Position numbers and translations under genes: made by a program. This document shows positions 1 through 13,210 of a stretch of 64,000 bases of DNA, one piece after another; positions within the stretch are counted from its first letter, which is position 1, and every line of letters begins with the position of its first letter. Source of the DNA: the human T2T-CHM13v2.0 reference genome, Homo sapiens; NCBI RefSeq assembly GCF_009914755.1, contig NC_060943.1; one strand, written 5' to 3'. Below the pieces are notes generated by a model. The model was not told the origin of the DNA. It saw only the letters and a program-made list of their open reading frames with translations, and searched no databases.

Positions 1-660
1 TTCTCCCTGTCTTCCCCACCTCACTCAATAGCAGCTCCATCCTTCTGGCTGCTCAAATTCAGACCCCTGGAGTCATCCTGGACTCTTCCCACAACACCCA
101 GCCCTGATGGGCTGCTGAGTCCTGCTGGCTCTGCCTTCACAACCTACCCAGGGCCTGCCTGCTCCTTCCCCATCCACTCCAACCCCAGGGCTACAGGAGC
201 CTCCTCCTGGGCTCGCTGCTCCTGACCTGGCCCCTCCATCTCTGCTTTGGACAGTAGCCAAACAGCTGGACCGTGGCCCTCCTCTGCTCGGCCCCTCACC
301 TCTCTGGCCCCACCTCCCACCTTCAGTCCTCTCCTCTGCCCGAGTCTCCTGGCTGTTTCTGTTCCCTGACACCCCAGAGCTCAGTCCCTCGCCCACTTTG
401 GGTCTCACTTGACTGTCCGCTCTGTGCAAGGCTTTCAACATCATCCTACTCAACACTGTCAATCACTCCCAGGACTCCCTCTACTGCCGTCCCCGCTTTT
501 ATTTTTCCACAGTCCTGGTCACTATTGAATGCACTATGTATTTTACTTCTTTATTTGACTGATTTCCCCTCTAGAGCTTCACAGATGGGATTCCTTCTGT
601 TGTGTCTCCCCAGCTCCTAGAAGAGTGCCTGGCACCTGTTGTTACTCAGCACGTGTGTAA
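1..660 (+). mobile_element. L2 LINE 3' fragment
   Basis: L2-type motifs ctggagtcatcctggactc and the terminal cctagaagagtgcctggcac. Confidence 0.65.
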
Positions 661-1911
661 TCCGGTGAGGGGCACTGGCAGGCTGGAAATGACGAACACT
701 CACCAGCCAGGTGACAGGGCAGGTCCATGGGCAGCCTGACTTCCCAGGATGGGTGGTGCATGATGGGCACCCATCAGCCTGCTTGGCCGGGAGCAGGGAG
801 AGGATCGGGAGACCCAAGCTGTACTCCAGGCAAACCCTCTGAATGGTCAAATTGGAGTTGTCTGAAATGGACAACCCTACAGGTAATGTTTAGATGGTTC
901 TGGCCCCACCTATGGCATCTGGAAACGATGTCTGATCCTGAAGGGATGATGAGCCTGGTTCTACTATCTCCACCAAGCCCAGGGAGCTCAGCCCTGGCTC
1001 TCCAAGGCCTCCTGAGATGGCACCTTCAGAAACACGCCCTGGCATTTAACATCTTTCGGGTGAGGCTGGCCTTTGGCCCTGGGACCACCTGGGAACGGTT
1101 GCCACATGCACCTCATTACAACACCAACACGTGCCCCTTATCAGCCAGCCCAGTAGTGCAGACCTGATTCCTCGATAACCACTGGGCTATCAGGCTCACT
1201 GGGGCTGGTGACCACATCCCCAGGAAATACGGCCGCCTGCAAGAGTGCACAGTCCCGGGGAGGCCGCCACCTTGCTCAGACCTGCACGTCTTTGCGCCCA
1301 GCCAGGCTGAATCGCTGGAGGGCTGAGTGAGGAGCCCACCCAGTCCTCCTTCCCCACCACCAGGGTAGGAGGCAGCCCTGTTCCTTCCCTTCACTCAGGA
1401 GCATTTATGAGCGCCTGCTGTATGCCTGACTCTGCCACAGAGAAAACAGTGTTGGGGCTGCAGCAATGGCCCCTGGCTTCCTGGCTGAGGCCGACCTTGA
1501 CCCAGAGGTGGCTGGGGGATCTGAGCCCCTTCCCAGGCAGTCTCTTTCCACTTCATCAGGCAGAAACTTCTTCCTCACTAGAGCTGGCCTGACTCTGGTA
1601 ACATGTCATTTGTCATCATAATTCATAATGCAATAGGTATTTGTCCTTTTTATGGGTATTTTAAAACTAGAACTTCTCTGCAAGACAACTGTGCCTTTCC
1701 AGTGCCCTGCACTGAGACAGTAACTACCGGGTTGGAAGAAGCAGGTCTCCTTCTGTGGGGCAGAGATCACCATGGAAAAGTGGAGCACAGGCCCTGGGGC
1801 CAAAGATCAGGGTTCAAAGTTGGCCTCCCCCACTAGCTTGTGGTGTGATCTTGGACAGGTTACTGAGCCTCTTTGTTCCTCACCTGTAAAAGGGGCTTAA
1901 TAATAGTCCCT

Positions 1912-2560
<649 letters not shown>

Positions 2561-2699
2561 AATGGTCCCCTTACTCAGAGGGTTGCTCTGAGAATTAAAC
2601 CGATCTTACCTGTCACTTAATTATAGACACGTGCAGGGCCCACACCAGAGGCTGGTATGTGGTCAGGCCTCGGGGAACGTCCACCGGGGCTGTCCACTG

Positions 2700-2820
2700 G
2701 CTCTCCCCACAGAACTGTGCTCCACGGGGGCTGGGCCTTTCCTCCACCGCTGCCTCCCCAGGGCCCAGAACAGCATCTGGCACACAGTAGGTGCATCATA
2801 AATGTTTGCTGACAAAACCA
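2700..2820 (+). mobile_element. L2 3' terminus
   Basis: ctggcacacagtaggtgcatcataaatgtttgctga. Confidence 0.6.
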
Positions 2821-2824
2821 ATTT

Positions 2825-3160
2825 CCTAACATTTTTATTACCCACCAAAGAAACTCGGTACCCATCTGCAGTCACTCCTCCCTGCTTTCTCCCCCACGGT
2901 CCTGGAAGCTCATTGCCCCATCTCTGTGGACTTGCCTGTTCTTGACATTTTGCACAAATGGAATCACACAGCGTGTGGCTCTCTGACTTCTGTCACTGAA
3001 CACCATGTTTTCAAGATCTATCGATTCTGTCATATGTCCCTGTGCTTCATTTTAAAAATTACTGAATACTATTCCCTCGTATGGCTAGACTGCACACCAC
3101 ACTTTATTTATCCGTGTAGGAGTTGGTGGACATTTGGATTCTTTTCCACTTTGGGGAGAA
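2825..3160 (-). mobile_element. Old L1 (L1M) 3' fragment
   Basis: tggacttgcctgttcttgacattt...aaatggaatcacaca...tggacatttggattcttttccactt, typical of antisense L1M 3' ends. Confidence 0.7.
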
Positions 3161-3528
3161 TGTGAGATTGTAATTTGCCACTCTTGATACATGACTGAAC
3201 AAGTTAATAAAAAGATATTTAAATAGAAAACCAAAAATTATTATTCATTTAAATTTATTCATAAGATTATATGCTTATTTATGATTCTATTTCCTACATA
3301 ATTGCTGTTTATAGGTATGAACATAATTGCCATGTACACAATACCATGTGCCATGATAAATGGCAAATTTCTTTAAGGATTTAAATTTAAAAAGAAAACG
3401 ACATAAAAACAAGTCAAAGATAGGAAATTTTTTGAAAACCCAAATAAAGAAAAGCCTTTTAAACTCTTATTCCAAAAAAAAAAAAAGTTTGCTGAACAAA
3501 TGAATGGGCTGAAAGAGGAGTGATCTGA

Positions 3529-4030
3529 CAGGCAGGTGCAGGGTGAGGGGGTGCGCGTAATGGGTGTACCATACGCACATGCGCATGCACACAAGCACAC
3601 AGTGTGTCCTCAGGCAGGGAGGGTGAGAAGAGTGTGTAATGGGTGTACATATCACACACTTGCGAACATGCGCGTGCACACACACACACAGTATCCTCAG
3701 GCAGGGTGAGAAGAGTGTGTAATGGGTGTACGTACCACATGCACTTGCATGCATACAAGTGCACGCGCGTGCGCGCGCACACACACACACAGTGTGTCCT
3801 CAGGCAGGGAGGGTGAGAAGAGTGTGTAATGGGTGTATATATCACACGCACTTACGTTCGTACATGGGTGCGCGCACACATACAAAGTGTGTCCTCAGGC
3901 GGGTAGGGCGAGAAGAGTGTAATGCATGTACATATCACACGCACATGCACACACACACGCTGTATGTCCTCTGGCAGGCAGGGAGAGGGGTGTGTGCAAT
4001 AAGCGCATACACCACATACATGCATGCATG
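3529..4030. repeat. Composite minisatellite, about 6 units of 75-103 bp
   Basis: A conserved block tgtcctcaggcagggagggtgagaagagtgtgtaatgggtgta recurs, with units starting at about 3529, 3611, 3698, 3801, 3896 and 3971. Variable (CA/CG/TG)n spacers separate the blocks. Confidence 0.9.
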
Positions 4031-4789
4031 CTCTCAAGGCTGGGACATGGAACCCAGCCAGGCTGGGACAGAAAGCGCAGCGCCAGCACCCTGGGGATCT
4101 CTCTCCATTCAAAATCATGGACTTCATAAAAGCATAGGCTGTGGGCAGAGCCTCAGAGGTTTAAGCAGGAAACAGCGACTGTGAGGCTGGGATGGAAAAG
4201 GCAGCGACTGATACAGCCCCGGCTGTGTCCCGGTAAGGGGCCAGGCAGCGGATGCATGCCATGTGGGGCCTGACTTAGTCTAGACACTGGCTCAATGCCA
4301 CTGGGTGGTGGGGACTCAGGGCCCCTCCTCCTCCCCTTCCACCCCCTGCATCCAATCCACAGGTGAGCGCTCTCAGCTTCACCTCCAAACTCACCCTCCA
4401 GCCCCCTCCCTCCCATGGCCAAGCCTACCAGTCTGCCCCCATGGTAGCCTCCTCACTGTCCTCCCCACAGCCACCTCCGTCCACTCACCCCCCAAAGCCA
4501 AGCCCCAGCTGGGCCAGGCACTCCCCAGCTCCCAGAAACCACTTAGTGTCTCATGGAGACCTGGCCGTGTGGCCCACTCCTCTCTTACCCGCCACACCCC
4601 ATCCACCATGTCTCTCTCCACGTGGCAAGTGCCGGAGATCCTCACCCCTCTCGGCCTCAGCTCAAGGGTCACCCCATTTTCCTGGACAACATTTTATCAC
4701 AGTGTGTAATCCTCCCACTTGTCTGTCTCCTACTTTGGGATGTTGGCTGTGTGTCCAGGCTGAGGCCAGCCCAGCCCTTCAGAAAGCTG

Positions 4790-5030
4790 GAGGTCACCAC
4801 AGTGAAGTGCAACGCAGGCTCCAGGACCAACGCCAAGGTTCAAATCCTGCCTCCCCCTTTAGCCCACAGTGTGATGCTGGATGGATTACTCAGCCTCCTC
4901 AATGGTCCCATACACAGAGGGTTGCTTCGAGGATTAAATGGATCTTGTCCCTCATTTAACTACACACATGCAGAGGGCCCAGACCAGAGGCTGACACATG
5001 GTCAGGGCTCAGGAAATGTCCACTGGGCTG
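4790..5030 (+). mobile_element. MIR (diverged duplicate of the 1765-2690 copy)
   Basis: aggttcaaatcctgcctcc...gagggttgcttcgaggattaaatg. Confidence 0.65.
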
Positions 5031-5113
5031 CCTGCTGCCTCGCTGCTGAATCAGCATGTATGAACCTACAGATAAGGCACCAGGCCTCGTTTCTCCAGAG
5101 ACCAAATGCACTA

Positions 5114-5507
5114 TTTTAATCAGCTCAACAGTGTTCCCCCAAATTTATACATCAAAGCCCCAATTTACAGTGCCTCAGAATGTGACTATTTGGAGACGGT
5201 GCTTTAAACAGGTGATTAGGCTAAACTGAGGACATTAGGGCAGGCCTAATCCACTCTGACTGTTGTCCTGATATGAGGACATCTGAGCATATGAGAGAGA
5301 CCCCAGGGATGCGTGCACACAGAGGAAAGGCCGCATGAGGACATGGCAAGAAGGCGGCAAGCCCAGGAGAGAGGCCTCAGAGAGTAGCAGCCCTGCCGAT
5401 GCCTTGATCTTGGACTTCCAGCCACCAGAAGGGTGAGAAAACACATTTCTGTTGCTTAGGCCACCAAGGCTGTGGTCTTTTGTGGGGCAGCCCTAGCACA
5501 CTCACAC
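5114..5507 (+). mobile_element. MaLR solo LTR (MLT1-like)
   Basis: cctcagaatgtgactatttggaga...ccttgatcttggacttccagcc...ttctgttgcttaggccacc...gcagccctagcacactcacaca. Confidence 0.85.
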
Positions 5508-8500
5508 AGGCACCTTCAGGCCAGAGGGTGGAAGAAAGGACCCCAGATCCACCAGTGAGTGTGTGAACCACCAGGGCCTGCACTGCCCATGACCTGAGCT
5601 CTGAACTCGAGTCCCACCAGGCTCAAAGCCAGGACCTCAGAGGACATCAGACAGGTGTGATGAGTCCCTTCCCCCAAGCCAGCTCTGGCCACAGCCTGCT
5701 GCCCACCAGGAGCGGCCTGAATTATTCCCCGTGGCAGAAGAGAGAAATCCACGACCTCTAGCCTGCCTGCCCCTGCCCCCACCACCAAGGAAGGGCCGCC
5801 TGTCCAAACCACCTGGACCCCGCAGCCTGTTCGGGATTCATTTCTTTCCTCTTCAAAGCATTACAGATTGATTGCCAAGTCTTGCCGTAAATCAAAAGAC
5901 AGTCACTACTCATTACCTACTTAGAATTCCCCGAGTTCTTCCTGGGAAGCCATTTCTCATCTGTTTGATCTCGGAGCCACCAGCACTATCTCCAGGCACG
6001 CCACCCATCACGGCAGCTGCCAGACACTTTTTTCTTCTGGGCTCCTTTCTCAGCACCTAGATGAATTTCTACCTTTCTCCAGCTTTAAGAAGAGCTGCCA
6101 AGATAAATGATTCAAAGACTCCAGCTCATGCTGAAAATATATGGACTGCTTAAAGCCTATTATGAATTAGCCAACACTGGGGAGAGACGCACTGGCTGCA
6201 TCCTCACCGGACGGGTCATCCTGGCTGCTAAGACCTAGACCCACCCGGGCACGTGGACACTCTCTGGAGTCTTTTCACCCGTGGGATCATGACACTTGCC
6301 CAGCTTCAACCAGCACCAGGTGCCCATGCCATCCCCAAGCCTCTGCGACCTCTCAGCACAGGGTGGCCGAGAGCCCCACAGTCACATGCTGGCCTAGCAG
6401 AAGTGAGGGGTCCCCTGTTTGCACAGTGCATCCAGGAGGAACTTCGGTCCCCAGCCTTGAAGCTGGGACCCCTTTTGCAAAAGCAGCATGCTCTCAGCCA
6501 CGGCTGCTCACCACCCAGAGGGGAGGGCCCAGCGGGCATCAGGACCCCGCACCGAGGGTGGTGAGGCCTTTCTGCCACCTCTGCTGATAGGGTCCCAGGA
6601 CCATGGCTTTCCGATGTGCCTCCCACTGTCCAGTCTATGCGCCAGTCTCCACAGCCATCAGCAGGCCCCACGAAGGGCATCTAGCCCCTCTTATCTTGCT
6701 GGGATGGACAGTAAGAAAGTAAAACAGCACCAGCAAAGCCCAGCCAGGCTCCGACTCAACCAGCCACCCAGACATTGGCTGTGTGGGGGACTAGACCGCC
6801 AGGGCCCTCCAGCAATGAACTGCGGTCACCTTGGGCTGGAGAAGTAGCTATGGTGCACTTCGCCCTAGCTGGGATGCCCAGGAGGGCCACCTGTGCCACC
6901 GTGCTGCTTCTGAAGGTTGTGACATGGGAAGAGTTCTATCCCCAGGTGCAGACATGGAGGTCAGCAATCACCACTCACCAATGAGGGGACCCCAAGTGCT
7001 GTCACAGGTGCATCCACAAGGCTTGTGGCACACTCATGGAGGGTGGCCCCAGGGGAACACTGCTGCACCAGTGCCGGATGACTGTGGGTGAGGAGGGACA
7101 CAGACTCATGGACCCTGGGGCTCTGCCTCCACAAAACGGGCTTTTCTAACAAGAGGGTGGAATTCACATGAAGGAAGCTGGCTGGTTCTGTGGGCAGCAG
7201 TGACAATGACCCCAGATCCATTTCCCGCTGTCCCCCTGCCAAGTTCCTGCAGGTGCAGGAGCCCGGGATGCATGGCAGTGACAATAGCATTTGTGCAGGC
7301 AGGGCAGGGGCGTGCTAGCCCAGGCCAAGTCTGAGGCCTGTCACTGACATGGGATGGAGCCTGTGCCCACCAGCAGCCTGGCTCCTGGGCATCTAGGCCT
7401 GTTCAAAACCTGTAACACGGAAGCCAACAGAAATCCACAGCCAGAGGGAGCTGCGAGAGGACGGTGGCTGAGTGGGTGGGGCCAGGCCAGTTTCCCTCCT
7501 GCTCAGCCACCCCCAAGATGCTTCCTCACCCTACTCTGGGGCAGCTGAAGAAGGCAGCTGTGGCCAGGCCCATGGCTCCCTCCTGGACAGCTGCCAGAGG
7601 AAGCACGAAGACCCACACTGCCCATCCTCCATGCCACAGACAGAGTCCAAACCCTCAGCCTGAACCACAAAGGCAGAGGATGGCCTTGTGTGGGAGGTTC
7701 CTGAGGACGCAAACTCAGCTTCACAGCCCCGGAACACAGAGCCTGCTGTCGGAGTATCTAACAGGGATGGGGAGGAGCCTCAACTTTGGTTTTATCATAA
7801 ATTACCTCCAGGCTTCAAGAGCAGACATGCCTGCCGGCAGGTATGGAGACAGCCCTTCCTGGATGAAACCATTCATGTCATCCACAGAACTCAGAGCTAG
7901 GAGGAGAAAAACTCACGGCCCGGAATAATTACTCCCGCAGGGAGCGTCTTTCGCACCAGCAGGTGATAGGTCTGGATGAGGATTTTCTAAAAACCGGCAC
8001 CAAACCTCACAGCATAATCACTACTGCCTGCCTGTTCTGGGAGCCAAACCTCAATAACTGCTCCTGCGGGGCTGCTCCTCACTAGATGCGCCCAGGACTT
8101 GGAGCCACGCCTTCTCACGGGCAGAACCAGACAGGACACAGCCACCTCCGAGGTGGGCGTCTGGTCCACCTGCCCAGCTAAACACCCTCCCATCTACCAC
8201 GGGCTCCTTCCGGCATGGAAGAACAGGAAAGGCTCCTTTAGAGTGGGGGACCAGCTCCAGAGGCCTGGAGGCACCCACAGGAGTGAAGCTGGCCAGGTAG
8301 TGGCATGCAAAACAGAAAAAAAAGTCTTTTTTTTTCCCCAGAGCTCTCCTATTTTTCTTGAAATACATGACCCTTTCGACTATCTTTTTTTTCTCTTTTG
8401 ATAGAGATGCTGGTATGAGAAGGCTTTCTCATTTATGAAAGAACCAACAGCATGAAAGCCATGAAAAGAGTCGGCTTCAGTGCTCGGGGAGGTGACGGGG

Positions 8501-8574
8501 AGCGGTGGGGCCTGTGGCGTGCACCCTGAACGAAAGCTATGTAGCAAGCACCACGCTGCTGCTCTGTGGAAATT

Positions 8575-8750
8575 CCAGCCCACGGTTACCAGCTACTCTG
8601 ATTTTCAGGAAAAGCCAAAAAAATCTGATTTTTCAAATTTGGTTGACTTCAATGAACCAAAATAAAGTGTTAAAATACCTATTGCCTCGGCCAAACGGAA
8701 ACTGCGTGTGTACTGGATGTGGCCCAGAGGCCACCAGTATATAAACTCTG
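8575..8750 (+). mobile_element. hAT-Charlie DNA transposon relic (MER102-like)
   Basis: ctgattttcaggaaaagcc...tctgattttt...ggccaaac...ggatgtggcccagaggccacc resembles the recalled MER102 3' end. Confidence 0.5.
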
Positions 8751-10562
8751 GCCTTTCTCTTGCTAGAAAATTCTTCCTGGAGAATGAGAGGTGGGGACCC
8801 AGGGTTTCCCCACACTCCCCAACCAAGACCCTGACGGGACAGAGGCCCCCAGAGGCTGCAGTCCACTCTCACAGGGGCCTCGGGGGAAGGCAGGCAGCAA
8901 ATGGGGGTGTGGCCAAAGCCAACTCCAGGTAGCTGGCCCACTGTAGAGAAGACATCTTCCATGTCCACCGAGGTGACTCGGTACTGTCTGGACCACCTGG
9001 TGCAACTCATAGCCCCCTCCTCAGCTCCTCTGGGGTCGCCCATCTTGCACAGTGAACCTACAAGCAACCTAAACCGTTCCTCCCCCTTTCTTCTGGGCCT
9101 GAGCAATTTCAGCAGAGCCCCGCATGGTGGGGTCAATCAGACAGCTCTTGGCCAGCTGTGCAGAAAGAGCCAGAGAGGTCTCCTGGGTGAAAAATGAGAG
9201 GAAACCTAAAAAGATCCACCAGCCCATGTTTTCTCAGGATCCATGAGGAGAGCTCACCGGAGAAGCCTGCGCCAAAACAGGAAGGGACCAAGCCACAAAA
9301 TGCACACAAGAAAACAGCAGCAGAACGAGTGTGCAGGGTCACAGCAGGAGAATGGGAGACAGGCTTGAGTTTCTCACTGGTGCGCAAGTGGACATCATGA
9401 GAGGAAGCTAACAGCCCCGGATCACATCCAGGAGACCTAGTACGTGAGGAGGAGGAATTTCAAAGATGACCCTGAGATGCAGAAAGCTTTCACTGCTCAG
9501 ATGAAAGAAGTCGGTCATAGACTATCGCAGGTGCTCACAGGGACCACCCCAGGCCAATGTGCATGGCTCCGATCCCAGCGGGTGCCACGTTACCTTCTGA
9601 AACTGATAAGGAAGCCACAGAGAAACCAGGGAATGAAATCTGTCCGGGGTGACATGATCAATAATTATATCACAGGTCTCAGGTAGCAGGACCCAAGGGG
9701 ATGAATGCTTGCCTCTGGGAGTGACCAGGGAGGTAACAGACAGGAAGCAGAGCATGTGATGCCCCCGCTTGGGTGCAGGAGTGGCCACTGCCACTGGCCT
9801 GTCCACTGTGTGCAGACCAGCCTTGCTGGTGGCCAAGCTGCCTCTGTCTCCGCAGATCTGTCACATGCACCACCTGGTCTCTGTGTTAGGTGTGACTGCT
9901 TCTTCTTGACTTTTTATCAGTCTAGGTCAGAACACACCCGATGTGAACTTTATGGCCTGAGTTGCTCGTCCCTCCAGACCCCCCGTGCTGCCTACTGGCT
10001 GAAGAACTTGGAGGCTAAGCAAGCCCCGGCTTGTGCCCCTTCCCAAGGAGCCTGCCTTCTCCTGGTCCTCCCAGACAGCTGGCAGGATTCTAAGCCCTGA
10101 AGTGCAGCCCCTGCCCAGAAAGGCAGTGAGACAGATCCTCAGGAAATACTGTTACTTCCAAGAATCAATAGTCCTATAAGCATCCAGGGCAAGAAAATGA
10201 AAAGTTCCCTGGAAAGAAGGAGGAATATGATTTGCTAAAGATCTCTGGCAACAAAGGAGGGAATGGTTTTATGGAACAAAGAGTCAATACCCACTGAAGC
10301 CACCATTCACGCAGGAGACAACAAAAGAACCCTCCAACAAGCAAGGCACTGAAAGTACTGAATCAAAACTTAAAGCACTCACACGAGGAAAGGGAAAACA
10401 TGGTACAAAATTGAGGTCCACATTGGATTGAGTGAGACAGTGCTCACTAAATAACCGTTGGTAAAATGATGGTAAGACAATGCAAATGTTGAAAATAAAG
10501 GAAAAAGAAGTTATATAATAAAAAACTAGAAGGTAGGGGAAAGGGAGATTATAAAGTAAAAC

Positions 10563-11062
10563 TGAGGCAGGAGGCGGGACTTGACTCTGGAGGCGGGGCT
10601 CGGACACCAGACCAAATGGAGAACTAGCCAAAACAGGTCCCAGGTAAAAGCAGCTTTCCATCAGACACGCCCACCAGTGCGCCATGTCAGTTTACCATTG
10701 TCATGGCAACACCAGGGAGTTACCACCCCTTTCCATAGCAATGACTTGATGAACCAAAAGTTACTAACCCCTCCCTAAAAATGTCTGCATAAACTGCCCC
10801 TTACTCTGCATGTAATTAAAAGTGGGTATAAATATGACTGCAAAACCGCCCTGAGCTGCGGCTCTCAGCACACTGCCTGTAGGTAGCCCTGCTCTGCAGG
10901 GGTAGTCACGGAGCTGTCACAATGCCTGAACTGTAACACCGCTGCTTTAATAAAGCTGTTTCTTCCTACCCTACTACTGGCTCACCCTTGAATTCTTTCC
11001 TGGGTGAAGCCAAGAACCCTCGTGGGATAAGCCCCACTTTAGGGCTTGCCTGCCTTGCATCA
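10563..11062 (+). mobile_element. ERV1 solo LTR (MER66-like)
   Basis: TG...CA termini, 4-bp TSD AAAC (10559-10562 / 11063-11066), TATAAA 10827-10832, AATAAA 10949-10954. Confidence 0.85.
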
Positions 11063-11169
11063 AAACTATGCTAAGTTTCTAATTTTTTAAGGAAAATTTT
11101 CTAATTTTTTAAGGAAAATTAGAAACTTAAAATTGTTAAATTGTTAAAATTAGAAAATTAAAATTGTTT

Positions 11170-12829
11170 AACTTTTGAACATAAGTAGAAAACAGAAATA
11201 CAGGTCTTTTTTTCTTGATTTAAAGGTGATTCTACATTTAACATGGCATACATATAAAAGTGAGCAAAGGAAATTTCACCAACCTTCCAAAGATAGAAAA
11301 ACTTTTTTAAAGCCACAAAGGAAAAAACAGAAACCAGAAAACACAAAATAAGGCTGTAGAAAAGAGAACAGATGCTGATTATCACTGTGAATTCAAACAG
11401 CTCTCCTAACACGGGGAGGCTCTCCATTTGAACAATGAGTATGCTGCACTTTATAAACAACCTATTTTAAAAAGTTAAAAATACAGGGATAAGCAAAGAT
11501 ATGCCAGGAAAATGTAACAACAACAACAAACATAGCAACACCAGTGTCAGGCAAAGTCAGATTCAAGACATAGATTAAATAGGTTAAAAGGGGTTTCTTG
11601 AAAGCTATAAAAAGCAAAATATATAATAAAGACATAACAATCATCAACTTTTATGCCTCAAACAATTTATCATGGAAATGAGTAAGACAAAATCTATCAT
11701 GAATCACAAAGAATTATAAAACCATCTCTCTAAATCTTAGAGCAAATATACAAAAATAGGGGAGGGGGCAGAGGACTGGAATTAGATAATAAACCTGATT
11801 CATGTACACCAAAGTATATATTCTAAAGATAAAAACTAAACACTTTCCAGTATTCCATAAAATACTGACCAAAATATTTTTAAATAAGCCACGAAGAAAA
11901 ACTTCAAAATTAAAAACCAAAAAGATTCACACCAGCTGCATTCTCTAGCTCCAATGGTGACAGACCTAGCAGCTAAAAACCAAAAGGTCACCAAGAAAAA
12001 TTCAACCACATCTACTGGGAAATGAAAAGAAATACACTAGGTTAGTTCTTAGGTTCAAAAACAAATCACTCTAGACATACCAGGATATAGCTAAGGCAGT
12101 ATTCAAAAATAAACTAGCCAAAATCTATTTATTACTAAAGAGGAAAAAATAAAAAATAAACTAAGATTCAACTAAACAAGTTAAAAGACAGATGCGTCAA
12201 AACAAGGTTCAGGAAGAGAGGAGAAAGGAATTAATAATAAAACTGGAAATCAATGAGTTTGACCAACAGTAGAACTGAAAAATAAATTTAAGAGCTGATT
12301 TTATGAAAAGGCCAATAAAGAAGATAAAACTCTAGCAATTATAATCCATAGAGAAAAAACACAAGTTACATTAGGAATGAGAAAGAAAAAACAGCTACAG
12401 ATATAAAGGAGATATTTTAAAAACATAAGATTTTAAAAATATATGAGAATAAAATTGGTTACTTGGTTACAATGTAAAATCTTTGATGAAAACTAAGACT
12501 TTATAGGAAAACATACTTACTGACTCTAAAAGTGATGAATTTGGACTAAAACAATCCCATAGGAAAATCTGAAAAGTTACCAAAGAAATCTTCCCCAGAG
12601 AAACAACAGGGTCTGAGAGATTCAAAGGACTTCATGCCTTCAAGAAACAGCCAAGCCCTATGCTTTCCAAGTTGTTTCAGAAAACAGAAAAACATGGGGG
12701 TGCTTCCCAAAACATGATCTCAAAAACCTTGGTCTCAAAATATGGCTAAGAGAGTTAAAGGAAAAAAATATATAGCTCAATTTCCTATTTTGAGCCTGTA
12801 TAAAATGCTAGTGAAAAAATAACAACAAT
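11170..12829 (+). mobile_element. Ancient L1 (L1M) ORF2-region relic
   Basis: A-rich, with degenerate endonuclease-region motifs (agcaaagatatgccaggaaaatg, gcaaagtcagattcaag, aaatcaatgag, aaagaagataaaactctagc). No intact ORF. Confidence 0.7.
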
Positions 12830-13149
12830 GGCCAGGCATGGTGGCTCACGCCTATAATCCCGGCACTTCAGGAGGCCGTGGCAGGAGGATCGCTTGAGTC
12901 CAGGAGTTGGAGAGGCAATATAATGAGATCCCAAGTCCACAGAAAAATAAAAAATTAGCCAGGCATGGTGGCACGTGCTTCTAGTCCCAGCTACTCCAGA
13001 GGCTGAGGGGGGAAGGTCACTTAAGACTGGGAGGTTGAGGTTGCAGTGAACTGTGATTGCACCACTGCCTTCCAGCCTGGGCAGTAGAGCAAAACACTGT
13101 CATAAAAAAAAAAAAAAATAAATAAATAAATAAATAAATAAATAAAAAA
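12830..13149 (+). mobile_element. Alu (AluJ-like)
   Basis: gaggatcgcttgagtccaggag; A/(AAAT)n tail. Confidence 0.92.
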
Positions 13150-13210
13150 GCAACAACAAGCACCATAAGGATGCTTAGTGGATGTCCATCTGCTCCATGT
13201 GTTATGCATA

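Noticed and set aside
3165-3420. AT-rich island with a 9-bp inverted pair (aatttgcca / tggcaaatt), possible MITE
   Set aside because: The inverted repeat is too short and no TSD or family was recognised.
3529-4030. CRISPR-like repeat-spacer appearance
   Set aside because: The context is a human intron with no cas genes. The spacers are related low-complexity dinucleotide runs and the repeats are degenerate, so this is a minisatellite.
9200-10550. A-rich stretch with a protein-like ORF (KDDPEMQKAFTAQMKEVGH...), possible processed pseudogene
   Set aside because: No parent protein recognised and no poly(A)/TSD. It is more likely a very old L1/HAL1 relic, but I cannot call it.
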